Below are positions 23,401 through 35,305 of a stretch of DNA of 64,000 bases, piece after piece. The first letter of the stretch is position 1. Every line of letters begins with the position of its first letter. This DNA comes from Heptranchias perlo (taxonomy: Eukaryota). The notes below the pieces were generated by a model, which saw nothing but the letters and a program-made list of their open reading frames with translations, did no database searches and had not been told where the DNA came from. Location of the stretch: the NCBI RefSeq assembly GCF_035084215.1, contig NC_090349.1, forward strand, positions 24,924,001 through 24,988,000, written 5' to 3'. The position numbers were made by a program, and so were the translations under genes.

Positions 23401-26400
23401 GCAGACTCTTTGTAATCTCCTCATAGCTTACTTTCCCACCTAGCTTTGTATCATCAGCAAACTTGGATACATTACACTCATTCCCTTCATCTAAGTCATT
23501 AATATAGATTGGAAATAGTTGAGACCCAAGCACCGATCCTTGTGGCACCTCACTAGTTACAGCCTGCCAACCTGAGAATGACCCGTTTATTCCTACTCTC
23601 TGTTTTCTGTCCATTAACTAATCTTCTATTCATGCTAATATATTACCCCCAACTGCATGAACCCTTATCTTGTGTAACAACCTTTTGTGTGGCACCTTAT
23701 CGAATGCCTTTTAAAAATTCAAATATACTACATCCACTGGTTCCCCTTTATCTACCCTGCTAGTTACATCCTCAAAACATTCCGGTAGATTTGTCAAACA
23801 CGATTTTCCTTTCATTAAACCATGTTGACTCTGCCTAATCATGTAATGATTTCTTAAATACCCTGTTACCACTTCCTCAATAATGGATCCCAACATTTTC
23901 CCGACGACTAATGTCAGGCTAACTGGCCTGTAGTTCCCCGTTTACACTCCCTCCTTTCTTGAATAGCAGTGTTACATTTGCTACCTTCCAATCCTCTGGG
24001 ACTGTTCTAGAAACTAGGGAATTCTGGAAGATCACAACCAATGCAGCCACCTCTTTTAGAACCCTAGGATGTAGGCCATCAGTCCAGGGGATTTGTTGGC
24101 TTTTAGTCTCATTAATTTCTCCAGTACTTCTTCTTTACTAATATTAATTGCTTTAAGTTCCTCACTCCCATTAGCCCCTTGATTCCCCACTATTTCTGGT
24201 ATGTTTTTTGTGTCTTCTACTGTGAAGATAGATACAAAATATTTGTTCAACGTCTCTGCCATTTCCTTATTCCGCGTTATAATTTCTCCTGTCTCAGCCT
24301 CTAAGGGACCCACGTTTACTTTTGTTACGCTCTTCCTTTTTACTTCCTTGTAGAAGCTCTTATAATCCGTTTTTATATTTCTTGCTAGTTTACTTTCATT
24401 CTATTTTCTTCCTCTATCAATTTTTTGGTCATCGTTTTCTGGTTTCCATAACATTTCCAATCCTCAGGCATGCTACTCCTCTTGGCAACATTATATGCCT
24501 CTTTTAACCTAATACTATCCTTAACTTCTTTAGCTAGCCACAGATGGATCACTTTTCCTATGGGGTTTTTATTTCTCAATGGAATGTATATTCGTTGAGA
24601 ATTATGAAATATTTCTTTAAATGTTCGCTATTGCTTATCTACCATCATTTTTTAATCTAACTTCCCAATCAACCTTAGCCAACTCGCCCCTCATACCTAT
24701 GTAATTGGCTTTGTTTAAGTTTAAGACTCTAGTTTCGGACTTAAGTACGTCACTCCTATTTCTATTACTGCCACGACACAATCGACTAACTCAACACAGA
24801 CCAGGGATTGAACCTGGTATCTCTCTAGCTGCATGGTTCTGAAATGGTGACTTTACTTCACAGCCTCTAGGAGAGCGAGGCAAAGTGTTTTTTTTAATTT
24901 GTTCTTCTGATGTGAGTGACACTAGCAAGCCCGCATTTTTTGCTTATCCCTAGTTACCCTGAGAAGGTGGTAGTATGTCTTCTCCTTGAACCGCTGTGGT
25001 CCTAGTGTTGGATGGTGCTCCCATGATGGCGTTAGCTGGGGAATTTCAAGGTTTTGACCCAACAACAACAAAGGAAAGTCAGTTTTTGTCCAAGTCAGGA
25101 TGATGTGTGACTTGTTTAAAAGCATAGCTTGTAAAAAAAAAATCAAATATTTTCACCAAATTTTAAAAGAAACTGAAAATCTCATGCCTTATGAATGAAG
25201 GTTTTGTACTCTGTTCTAAAAGCTGAGGCTGCTGGCTTGTTGTCAGGACACTGTTTAACACATTTTAACAGTTGTTTTTTTTGTTATATATAGACTCTAG
25301 TGACGGTGAAATGGAGCATGACAAACAACATCTAAAAACTCGCCTTCCATCCTATGACACAAGTAAACTAATAGATTATGCAGGATTCAATGCTGTCATT
25401 CCAAAAGGGCTTCAAGATGTAAGCATTGCACTTGGTATACTCCAATCTATGTTTCCTCCCCACCACACCCCTAGTTTCTTCTGTCCATTCTCAAATGTGC
25501 TGGTTAATGCTGGACTTTGTTTTCTCCAGACATTGATCAACCATTTGGTACCTTTTCAGCCAAGTTGGTGAGTGCTTCCAGGCAGTTTGACCATGGAGCA
25601 TGACGATCCTGTTGTCGTCTCGCCTTCCATATGTGCATTTTCCGATAGGAGTCACTGGGGAGTTATTAAAAACAGGATTCTGGTCTGCATTTTTTTTCTC
25701 TTTTAGCTGCAGGACTAATTGTGTTCCTAGCTGATAGCAGCTAACCAGCACAGACCAGGTATCAAAACTTCCATCCTCTTGGTCCTTATGGTCAAATACT
25801 ACACTAGGTGGTGCATTTATCCACTGAGCCATCACAGGATCCTTCAATCAATGTTCAAGCAGTATCTGCCTTCTACAACACTTTAGTGTTAGCATTCAGC
25901 AAATGTAATTTTGATTTTCTTGATTTTTATCCTTTTTTTGTCTCCTATCTTTATTGTTTTTATGATTGTAAACTTTTATACTAAGAACAACTTTGGATCT
26001 TCAACCATTTGAATGCTTCTGTGAATCAGATGCCCTGAAAGTAGTCTATAGATTCCATTCCCCTGCAAAATAACAGCAGTGTCATGGTTTTCTCAGTATC
26101 CTCTCTTACTTGGAACCTTGTTATACAGTTTGTAGTATTTAGATTCAAACCTTTCCCATAACATTAAAAAAAACCTGAAACGAACCTTTTGCTGTTTAGC
26201 CACCAATGTGAGGCAGTGTTCAATGTGGAAGTTGTAGCCTAATTGACAATTTCTTTTTATTGCTTCAGGATAAAAAGTTTATTTAAAATATTTTGTAGAA
26301 AAAGTATGTAATGAAATTCAGGATTTCTGGTAGCACCCCTCATCATGGTTATTTTGCTTCCAATACACTTGTCTGTGAAACAAATTTTAGCTCTTGCAAC

Positions 26401-29400
26401 TGTAACCACTATATGCTATAATTAAGATGCAGTATGGACAATTATGTGTCTGGTCTGTTTGCTGATTTTAAGTATGCAATGATGAGTGCCTGAAAGATTT
26501 AAGTTTTTTTTTCTAAGTTACTTATTTTGGTTATATTTTATGTTGTCTGTAGGAATGGAGGCTGTATGGTTCAATTCCAATGCAACCCCACCATCTGAAG
26601 GAACACTTTGCACATCAATTGAATGTTAATTATCCCACAGTAAGTTTAACATTTAATCTTTCATCTATTACTGTTGCTTTTTGTGTTGATTCAAATTTCT
26701 GGTTCAGTCATTTTTAAAATTTGAAACGCTGGTAGTTGCAAATTCACAAGAGAAGGTAAATGGCTAAAATTGACTCACTATGAAACAGGGATCAAAACTA
26801 CACCTGGTTAACATGGTTCAGTGCCACACTAGGTTCACGTCTAGCCACTGAGCCATCAGAAGACCGTCAGCAACATTTACTGAGATTCAACTGTAAGGCA
26901 CCAGATGGGGGACAAGTTTGCATCTTTTAATGGAAAGGCATTGAGCAGAGGCTAGCCACCTCCCAGCAGCAATGTCCTGCCAGACAGCTGTTGCACACTT
27001 CCTAATGACATATACAAGAGTTCTAAGAGCAGGTTTCCTATGGCTTGCTGCCTTGCCCCGGATTGACCGAGCAAATTTTGTGCAACTTCAGTTTTTCTGA
27101 AATTGGTGTCACAATTGCACATCATTTGTTCATGAGAGGGCAACAAAGCTTCTGCTCTCATTGTTAAAACTTCATTCACTGAATTATTTCAATAAGCAAT
27201 TTTAAATGTATTTATAAATGACCTGCAGGAGTGAATTGGGTATAGACTGTGTCTCGTAGAATTTTATAAGTACAGAAGGAGACTGTTCAACCCACCACAT
27301 CTGTGCCAGCACTCAGAGCTATTCACTTAATCCCATTCCCTTGCCCTTTTGTCATATCCTTTAAAATTTGTCAACTATTTATCCACTTCCCTTTTTAATA
27401 GCTATCATGGATTCTGCTTCTACCACTGTTTATAATGGGGCATTCCAACAACCTTCTGTGTGCTCATAATTTTATACAGCTCAATTAGATCTCCTGTTAA
27501 CCTATTCTAATGAAAAGAGCCCCTGTTTCTGTAGTCTGTGCTCATGCATCTCACATTGTTTACTTTTTCCCCAAAATGAATTATATGGCTTCATCTGTAA
27601 GATGATGCCCAGCATCTTGAAAAGGAAATGTTTTAGAAACAATGCAAGCCACAGACTGTATAAACAATTGAAAATATTCCACACTCAAAATGGTAAATAT
27701 AATTTAACAATACTTAATAAAATACACAAATGTTGAAACAGGTTTATCTGTTTTTCATAGAAAGGTTACAGCTTGGAAGGAGGCCATTCGGCTCATCGAG
27801 TCCGCGCCGGCTCTAAGCAAGAGCAATCCACCTAATCCCACTCCCCCTCCCTTTCCCCGTAGCCCTGCAAATTTTTTCCTTGCAAGTACTTAACCAGTTT
27901 CCTTTTGAAGGCTGTGATTGAATCTGCCTCCACCACCCTCTTGGGCAGTGCATTCCAGATCCTAACCACTCGCTGTGTTAAAAAAAAAGAAAAATTTTTC
28001 CTCATGTCCCCTTTGGTTCTTTTGCCAATCACCATAAATGTATGTCCTCTGGTCCTTGACCCTTCCACCAATGGGAACAGTTTCTCTCTATCTACCCTGT
28101 CTAGACCCTTCATGAATTTGAATACCTCTATCAAATCTCCTTGCAACCATCTCTGTTCCAAGGAGAACAACCCCAGCTTCTCCAGTCTATCCACATAACT
28201 AAAGAGCCTCATCCATGGAATCGTTCTAGTAAATCTCTTCTGCACCCTTTCCAAGGCTTTCACATCTTTCCTAAAGTGCTGTGCCCAGAACTGGACACAA
28301 TACTCCAGTTGGGCTGAACCAGTGTTTTATAAAGGTTCATCATGACTTCCATACTTTTGGACTCTATGCCTCTATTTATAACGCCGAGGAACCCGTATGC
28401 TTTTTTAACCACTTTCTCAACCTGCCCTGCCACCTTCAACGATTTCTGCACATATACCCCCAGATTTCTCTGTTCTTTACCCCTTTTAGAGTTGTGCCCT
28501 CTAGTTTATATTGCCTCTCCTTGTTCTTCTTACCAAAATGTATCACTTCGCATTTTTCTGTGTTAAATTTCAATTGCCATGTGTCTGCCCATGCCACCAG
28601 CCTGTCTATATCCTCTTGAAGTCTATCACTATCCTCCTCACTGTTTACTACCCTTCCAAGTTTTGTATCTTTTGAAATTGTGCCCTGTACATCCAAGTCA
28701 TTAATATATATCAAGAAAAGCAATAGTCCCAGTATTGACCCCTGGGGGAACACCACTGTACACCTCCCTCCAGTCCGAAAAACAACCATTCACCACTACT
28801 CTCTGCTTCCTGTCACTTAGCCAATTCTGTATCCATGTTGCTACTGCCCCCTTTATTCCATGGGCCACAATCTTGATGATAAGCCTACCGTGCGGCACTT
28901 TATCAAACGCCTTTTGAAAGTCCATATAAACCACATCAACTGCATTGCTCTCATCTGCCCTCTCTGTTACCTCATCAAAAAACTCAATCAAGTTAGTAAA
29001 ACACGATTTGCCTTTAACAAATCCGTGCTGGCTTTCTCTAATCAATCCACCCTCATCCAAGTGACTGTTAATTCTGTCCCGGATTATTGTTTCCAAAAGT
29101 TTCCCCACCACTGAGGTTAAACTGACTGGCCTATAGTTGCTGGGTTTATCCTTAAACCCTTTTTTAAACAAGGGTGTAACATTTGCAAATCTCCAGTCCT
29201 CTGGCACCACCCCTGTATCTACGGATGTTTGCAAGATTATGGCCAGTACCTCTGCAATTTCCACCCATACTTCCTTCAGTAACCTAGGATGCATCCCATC
29301 CGGACCGGGTGACTTATCTACTTTAAGTACAGCTAGCCTTTCAAGTACCTCTTCCTAATCAATTTTTAGCCCACCCAGTATCTCAGCTATATCTTCCTTT

Positions 29401-32400
29401 ACTGAGACTGTGGCATCATCTTCTTCCTTGGTGAAGACAGATGCAAAGTACTCATTTAGTACCTCAGCCATCCCCTCTGCCTCCAGGAGTAGATCTGCTT
29501 TATGGTCCCTAATTAGCCCCATCCCTCCTCTTACTACCCATTTACCGTTTACATGCCTGTGGAACAATATTGGATTCCCTTTTATGTTGGCCGCCAGTCT
29601 ATTCTCATACTCTCTCTTTGCCCCTCTTATTTCCTTTTTCACTTCCCCCCCTGAACTTTCTATATTCTGCCTGGTTCTCACTTGTTTTGTATAATAGAAA
29701 AAATGAACTATGAGACAGCTGCTTAGTGGATAAGTGCACTGCCTACTGAGGTAGTGATCCAACCAGACCAGGAAGTTCCAGTGTTAAATCTTCTCTCTTT
29801 TTCCTGAGATAACTGATATCAACTGTGGCAGCAGTTAGACCGTTATAGTTGGCTTCCATGTACCTTGGGGGAAACAAATCAACAGAGTTCCCATTAATGA
29901 TCACTCTCCACAACCCCTCTTGCAAAGTGCATATGTGTTGACATCAGGTGAAAAGATTGAGCTCAGATGAGAACGCCCCATAATTAAATAGTCCACCAAT
30001 GCTCACTATCTAGGCTCGTACAAGAGAAATGGCCGCCTGGGTGAGGTGTCCATGGACTGTGAGTGCCTGTGAAACTACCTGAGCATGAGTCAGTATGAAT
30101 GAGGTGAGGAAAATATTGTGGAGCAGAGCAATTTTAATACTAATGCTTCTTTTTAACCATTAATGTAAAGTAGAAGCACTCATTTTATGTAACTGACCTA
30201 ACTTAATGGCAATTCTTCTTTCTCCCTAGACTAAATATAGTTCAAACAAAAGGGGTTCAGATACTGACTCAAGCCTTCACAGTGTAAAGAAGCGCAAGTC
30301 TGAAGAAATAGATACAAATATGTATGCTTTTGACATGGACATAGATTCAGGTACAGCACTTAAATATGTTCATGTTTCTTATTTCATGTTGCTTACCAAA
30401 AACATCTCGCAAAAATGGTAGATTCTTCCCAAGAAAATATGGTGTTGTTTAAAGCCTTGGATCCTTTGGTTTAGAGGGTTTCTGTACCAATACAGATTAT
30501 TGAGATGTCAGTTTCTTCATGTGAAGAGATCCTGATTTCAGCTGTATAAAGAAAAAAGGGAGGGGGGGGTAAAAGATACCAAAATTGAGCTGCAATGCTT
30601 TCCTGATAGAGAAAATGGCAGGTCATTCTTTTTTTTTTGCACACTTCCCAGCTGTAAGCAACTAAGAGTAATAGGTAGAGGCCTGGGAGCAGGTTACCTA
30701 TCTCTGCTTTTGACCAAGGAATAGACTAAATTAGGAGTAATAACTTTTTTAATGAAAGACCTAAGATTTTGGATGGAGCAGTTTATGTATCTAGTTAGAA
30801 TATTTTGCTGCATAATTGTAAACATTTAAAATGACTGACATTTTTACATTCATGGAAACTCAGGGACATCTTTTATTTAGGGTGAAAACAAATCGAGAAA
30901 TTGCATTCTTTGAGCCAGGACAATAAAGATTGCTGTGCGTGAGATACATAAGTAAATTTTGTTCATAAGCACGTAGCTCAGATTCAATCTGCCAAGGAGA
31001 GTCAATTTCCTCTGAGGAATAACTGTTTCACGTGTGGGTAGCTGGGAAGCCAGATCTCCTTGGGGTGTCCTGTACAATCAGCATGCCGGTGTGCATATTT
31101 TAGGTCTGAATGTATTAAGGCCGATTTAAAGGGAAAACTCTTGGGACAAAAATAAAGCATTTCCGTCTGAGTCAATTTGTTTGGTTTCTTTATTACTGGC
31201 ACAGTACATGTAGGGCGAATTTTGTATTTTGTTGACTGTTTCTGCATGGTATCAATATATATTTCAGCAGGGCTGGCTGAAAGTCAATCAATATGTACAC
31301 TTAAATTAGTATATATATAGCTGGTTCCTGTTGGTTGATAGTAATATCGCAATTGTTTAAATGGTCAAGCTTTTCTTTTTCAAATATCTGAACCACTGGT
31401 TCCAGACTTGTTCCACTAGTATTGCCTGTGTTTGAATACTGTTAAAATGTCAGCCTATCTATGTAATTGAGTGCTTTGGTTTACTACTATTTTTTTGTTA
31501 TGGCATGTCTTCAGAAGATCTTGAAAACTAGTCAGTCAAGTTACATGGCACCAATCGAAGAACCAAACCTGCCTGAGGGTAGTGATTTTGATTGACGGTT
31601 CTGTGGCCAGAGCCTCCAGTTGGGAGTTTATCTGCAGTTGCCTGAGCCCAGCCAATCAGTCAACAGCTAGGGCTTATTTGATGAAATGCTACAACGGAGT
31701 CAAACAAGAAGCGAACATCCATTTTCACAGTTCATTGTATGTTGAGAGATAGCTCAGAGAGAAATGTCTCTCTTTTTCAAATATATATTGAAGAGCATAT
31801 TCAAATCTTAAATCTTTTGTAATGAATACTGTTCATTTACCTGTTGCTATAAACCAACAATTTATCTAACATGCAAGAATCATACATTCAGTCTGCCTAC
31901 CCAAGATGAAGAGAATCACATGGCAGCAGATGATACATTCCAGTAAGCTGGTGTACTGTGGCAAAGATTCTGTGTTTGATCTCTGGGTCTTGCTACTGCT
32001 TACCTAGATGATGGGGCGTGAAAGGCAGACCCCAGATTGTAGCCGTATGGGGTCCGCTAAAGGAATGGTTGTAGGGGCTGAACCTGAGTAAAAATTCAAG
32101 TGCAATTATCCCAGTACTTTTTTTTTCAAATCTATATACTGAGCCAAATTTGTAAGACAAGTGTTCTCATAGCAATTGTCTTTGGCTGTACCCTGTTATT
32201 GACAGATGGAGAGTGGAGAGATCATATCTCCTTTTGCTTTCTCTCTTTCTCCTTTTCTTCTCTTCCCCCCCCCCCAGTTAGATGATTTTTTTTCCCCCTC
32301 CTTTAGCATATGCTATTCCCCAATGAAGAGAGTGGACCATCTTTCTGTTAGTTCTACTCTGAAAACTCTTTCCAAATGAGACAACTGTAGATTACACTCT

Positions 32401-33503
32401 GCAGGCTTTGCATATTCATTATGGTCTATGCTAATATTAGAAAAACTTTGTTGTAAATACCCTGGTCTGAGGTACCAAACTAACTTCAACTGGCCTTTAT
32501 GGAGTACAGTATCAATGACTTAAGATTCCTAGATAAATCAATTTACCTAAGAAGCAAGACTATCCTGAAATATTGTGACTCCTAACTGAGAGATCAATTT
32601 TACTGCTGTGTATCATCTCTGTACTTCATTTCTCCTGCAGGTTCAGAAACACCACCAAGACCATTCCAACTTGTGCCACCCGTACCTCCTGGTTGCCCAC
32701 TAACTTCGACTCCCCCTCCTCTACCCAAAGGTACACCCCCTTCTACACCACCTACATTTGTCCCACCTGCACCACCTACTCCAACACGTCCCCCACTTCC
32801 AAAAGACACCCCTCCCTCTACTCCTTCAAATTGCTCTCCAGCAGGACATTCATTGCAAGAAGGAAGTGCCCAAGCTGTAACTGCTGAGATTGTGGATGCA
32901 GATGTCTTATCATTGGAAGAGCTGGAAGAACAACAGCGGTTGATCTGGGCTGCATTGGAGCAGACTGAAAGTACTAACAGTGAGACAGAAGGTCAATGTG
33001 ATTCTCCCTTGACCAGGAATTCTGCAAATTCCTCACCAGCAATAAATCCACCTGACAACTGCATGGAAATTGAATCTAATGAAAAAATGGGGACAATCGA
33101 AAATAGTATGGGGAGTCCAAGTGCTGAAGCATCTTCCGTTGATTCTAGAGATGAACAAATCAATTCGGTGGGACACACTTCGCACAGGGAAGAGGACACT
33201 CAACCTGAGAACTCCAGAATGGAAATAGAGGGCAGTAGAACCATTCAAGATTCTACCTCAACAACTGAAGCATCTATTGGAGGAAACCAAGTATGTTTAG
33301 AGAAAACAGATGGGTCCGACACCAGTGCTGCTGTTTCGGAAGCACAACAGGAGAATAGGATTTCTTCTGTGCCTGATATGAGTAAATTTGCAACTGGAAT
33401 CACACCTTTCGAATATGATAATCTTTCCGAGGCAACCGGAACTTACCTCAAACTCAGGAGCTTATTGAAGAATTCTCCAAGAAACAAAATGAAAAAGAAA
33501 TAA
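7867..33503 (+). CDS. ZCCHC8: zinc finger CCHC domain-containing protein 8 (NEXT complex scaffold), whole gene span, 14 exons, 725 aa
   Basis: Exon phases join into one 2178-nt frame. Recognisable motifs: [45 protein letters not shown], zinc knuckle [17 protein letters not shown] domain [34 protein letters not shown], and C-terminal [14 protein letters not shown]...LLKNSPRN. Confidence 0.97.
8042..9762 (+). other. ZCCHC8: U12-type AT-AC intron 1
   Basis: 5' ATATCCTTC; branch site TTCCTGAAC at 9743-9751; ends TATAC; the junction restores AEN-QELKRKL. Confidence 0.92.
9763..9805 (+). CDS. ZCCHC8: ZCCHC8 exon 2
   Basis: [15 protein letters not shown]; donor GTAACG. Confidence 0.92.
10351..10425 (+). 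CDS. ZCCHC8: ZCCHC8 exon 3
   Basis: [25 protein letters not shown]; AG/GTAAGT boundaries. Confidence 0.93.
10535..10640 (+). CDS. ZCCHC8: ZCCHC8 exon 4
   Basis: [35 protein letters not shown]; AG/GTGAAT boundaries. Confidence 0.93.
10744..10821 (+). CDS. ZCCHC8: ZCCHC8 exon 5
   Basis: [26 protein letters not shown]; CAG/GTAAGT boundaries. Confidence 0.93.
10865..11185 (+). mobile_element. old tRNA-derived SINE (LmeSINE1-like family)
   Basis: B-box-like ggttcgatctc then tgtgttgagtttgttgatctcggctcgggcagc...cccctgggttagggaagg; related copies elsewhere in the window. Confidence 0.6.
11540..13560 (-). mobile_element. highly degenerate CR1 LINE
   Basis: Remnants of RT and 3' motifs (ccaaatgtggtatcacca, ggtgtcacctgcaaattt = KFAxDT reversed, atcttccaatcctc) and an ORF1-esterase-like IVHxxTN remnant near 13460-13485. 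Confidence 0.6.
12567..12781. repeat. ~215-bp palindrome centred at 12674
   Basis: ccttatccccgtggcagac-tgg-gtctgctaccaggataagg core; atgagctggctccctgcattta/taaatgccgggagctagctcat; outer ttttat/ataaaa arms are symmetric about 12674. Confidence 0.85.
13954..16990 (-). mobile_element. CR1 LINE, near-complete ORF2 with frameshifts
   Basis: ORF fragments cover the endonuclease ([25 protein letters not shown]) and RT (RPVSLTS, DFQKAFD, GVPQ); 3' (ATTCTATG)n tail at 13954. Confidence 0.95.
17380..17483 (+). CDS. ZCCHC8: ZCCHC8 exon 6
   Basis: [35 protein letters not shown]; followed by GTATCCTG. Confidence 0.95.
17484..19229 (+). other. ZCCHC8: U12-type GT-AG intron 6
   Basis: 5' GTATCCTGC; branch site TTCCTGAAT at 19210-19218; no polypyrimidine tract before the AAAG acceptor. 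Confidence 0.85.
18057..18826. mobile_element. non-autonomous DNA transposon (GGG-terminal, Harbinger-like)
   Basis: TIRs GGGGTAGAACTTGC and GCAAGTTCTGGCCC; CpG-richer ends around an AT-rich middle. Confidence 0.7.
19230..19295 (+). CDS. ZCCHC8: ZCCHC8 exon 7
   Basis: [22 protein letters not shown]; donor GTATGT. Confidence 0.93.
19408..19468 (+). CDS. ZCCHC8: ZCCHC8 exon 8 (zinc knuckle)
   Basis: [20 protein letters not shown] contains CX2CX4HX4C. Confidence 0.96.
19689..20060 (+). mobile_element. Deu-domain SINE (SacSINE1-like)
   Basis: tRNA head (cagtggtagc...gggttcaagcccc), Deu core (gtcttttggatgagatgttaaac...caggtggacttaaaagatc), L2-like tail (gtgctatata). Confidence 0.7.
20160..20515 (+). 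mobile_element. LmeSINE1-like SINE
   Basis: cactacagtttgcc...gcccctgggtt...aaaatcagtcag...gggtgaggatacgatc...catgtgaagaattgc, shared with the other copies. Confidence 0.55.
20774..20904 (+). CDS. ZCCHC8: ZCCHC8 exon 9
   Basis: [44 protein letters not shown]. Confidence 0.94.
20930..21042 (-). mobile_element. CR1 3' end fragment
   Basis: catagaatcacagagcacagaaggtggtcattcggcccatcg..., same tail type as 13954 and 63376. Confidence 0.8.
21304..21446 (+). CDS. ZCCHC8: ZCCHC8 exon 10 (PSP / RBM7-binding region)
   Basis: [47 protein letters not shown]. Confidence 0.96.
22290..24880 (-). mobile_element. LmeSINE1-like SINE split by a CR1 insertion (halves at ~22290-22556 and ~24757-24880)
   Basis: The SINE sequence stops at ...gggcactgagtttaaccat and resumes as ctattactgcc...ctaactcaacacagaccagggattgaacctgg on the far side of the CR1. 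Confidence 0.65.
22558..24756 (-). mobile_element. 5'-truncated CR1 LINE
   Basis: ORF fragments with [28 protein letters not shown]; (TTCTTATG)n tail at 22558. Confidence 0.95.
24895..25130 (-). mobile_element. 3' fragment of a second CR1-clade LINE family
   Basis: Matches the 3' end of the LINE at 62060-63245. Confidence 0.65.
25294..25418 (+). CDS. ZCCHC8: ZCCHC8 exon 11
   Basis: [42 protein letters not shown]; TAG/GTAAGC boundaries. Confidence 0.93.
25535..25845 (-). mobile_element. LmeSINE1-like SINE
   Basis: cagctaaccagcacagaccagg...ccttatggtcaaatactacactagg...ccactgagcca (reversed tRNA head). Confidence 0.6.
26553..26639 (+). CDS. ZCCHC8: ZCCHC8 exon 12
   Basis: [29 protein letters not shown]. 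Confidence 0.94.
27260..27525 (-). mobile_element. old CR1 3' fragment
   Basis: tacagaaggagactgttcaaccc...ggattctgcttctaccac...gcattcca. Confidence 0.6.
27755..29686 (-). mobile_element. 5'-truncated CR1 LINE (same subfamily as 13954-16990)
   Basis: ORFs 27832-29294 with [18 protein letters not shown]; closely similar to the intron-5 copy. Confidence 0.95.
29710..30115 (+). mobile_element. LmeSINE1-like SINE
   Basis: gcttagtggataagtgcactgcc...cagaccaggaag...aaagtgcatatgtg...ctcactatctaggctc...ggccgcctgggtgaggt. Confidence 0.6.
30230..30350 (+). CDS. ZCCHC8: ZCCHC8 exon 13
   Basis: [40 protein letters not shown]; strong polypyrimidine acceptor. Confidence 0.9.
32641..33503 (+). CDS. ZCCHC8: ZCCHC8 exon 14 (terminal coding exon)
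   Basis: Acceptor tctcctgcag; Pro-rich [56 protein letters not shown]. Confidence 0.96.
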
Positions 33504-34769
33504 ATATCATTATCAGAGCAGTACTGAAACTTTCAGATCCAAGGCTTCCAAGTCATGATGTGACCATGTACTATATTGGAGCTTTTTTCACTAAGACCTC
33601 ATTTCAGGAGTTTGTGGCCGAGCTGGTGTTTTCGTGAACAGATCAAAAATGTGGATGTCAGTGCTATTTTACTATGTAGGGTTGGTAATGAGTGAAAACT
33701 TGTCTGGTGTTAAGGAAAGAAGCTTTTCCTATGTAATATTCATTTTCAAAGAGGCGCTGTTGAAATTTGTCCTTCAGGCATGGTCTCAGAATTTTTCCGA
33801 TGTGGATTTAAGTGTACAGTGGGTTTTTAGTAATTTCTTGTACATCAAATTATTTGTTTATATAACTGAATACACGTTTGTTTTTGATATTACCAGTGTA
33901 ATTTTATATAATATACTGCCAGGGATTTTAATGTACAGTATTTTAAATTCTAATAACTGATCATTGAAATTGTCAGGGATTACCAGGGCTGTTTTCAGGT
34001 ATTTTATGAATATCCACATATGCTTTAGTTTTTTAAAGCTGCTTCTACCTTTGTAACGCCATTCTTTGCAAGAAGAGGTATACAGCCTTGGATTACGGGA
34101 ATATGATGAACAATTCTACTAAGACATGTTTTAGTATTTTGTGACTGCATTAAATGGCATAGAAATTTGCAGGAAATACTGTTGTGATCTTGGTCAGTTT
34201 TTATTTATCATTGTGACAAAGGGTTGGCTTCTGTACATTTCATTGCTAAACTACTGGGAAAGTTGGGTAGGTCCTGGGTACAACCTTTGGGGCTATTGTA
34301 CTATTTCTTTGGGATTTATTTGGTCAAATGACATCCCTCCACCTGTACACTATCGTTTGTCTTTTTCTCGTACTAATGTTTTAGCTGTTCGCTTCAAGAA
34401 GGGAGTTCAGCACAGTTGTGTGCATTGTCAGACTATGCATGTTCTTTTTGCATCCAACCTCTTCATTTTATCCAGAGCTTAAAATGATTGTCAAATAATG
34501 TGACACCATTTTTTTTAAAACCCAGTGGTAGGCTTTTTGAGCTACAGTATGTGAAAAGATTGCACCATTCCACGTGTTGTATGTTTTCCAGTAATGAATA
34601 ACGATGACTGATTGTCACTTCTTAGTACGCCTCACTGTGCTTCAAACTACCACTGATTGCTGTAGTGCTGTGGAGTACCTTAGTAGCAGAAGAAGCCAGT
34701 TGATTAACTTGATACCTTGTTACAAAAAAGTTTGTAAACAGAATCAAAGAAATTGGAGCAAAAAGAGCA

Positions 34770-35305
34770 AAGAAAGAAAACTACAAGTATGCTGGGGAAT
34801 ACTGTTTTTAGTTTTGGTCTCCATAATACAGGAAAGATGCAGAATTACTGGAGGGAGTTCAGAGGATTGCTATGAATCTGATTCTGGAACTTGCAGGACT
34901 GAGTTATGAGGAAAGATTGCCTACACGGAGACTTTGCTCTCGGGAGTGGAGAATGAGGGGGGAGGACATGACTGTCGTCTGTTAAGATTTTCTTGGTATG
35001 GAGAATTTAGATCCAGGAAACTTCCTTTGTTGGACACAAACTTTTTGGGACTAGGAAACACAGGATAAGAAAATTAGAAATTTAAACAATTTTTTTTTAG
35101 TAAGAGGGTGGTAGAATTGTGTATCAAATTGCCAATGAAACAGAAAAACAGAGCAGGTTTTAAAAAAGGAATTAATCAATTTCTATTGAGAAAGCAGGTG
35201 CAAGTCTATTAGTTCAACAATCACAGTAAGGAACCTGATGGAAGTATTGAAAGGGTAAGCTAGATGGACCAATGGTCTTCTGTTGTCCAAAACTTTACGA
35301 TATAA
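34770..35305 (+). mobile_element. degenerate CR1 3' fragment
   Basis: ctggggaatactgt...ttttggtctcca...gagttatgaggaaag...gatggaccaatggtcttc. Confidence 0.65.

Noticed and set aside
31892-31942. Possible 51-nt frame-preserving cassette exon in ZCCHC8 intron 13 (ttcag...cca|gtaagc)
   Set aside because: Poor polypyrimidine tract, the peptide has no resemblance to ZCCHC8, and exons 13 and 14 already join in frame; it would need RNA evidence.
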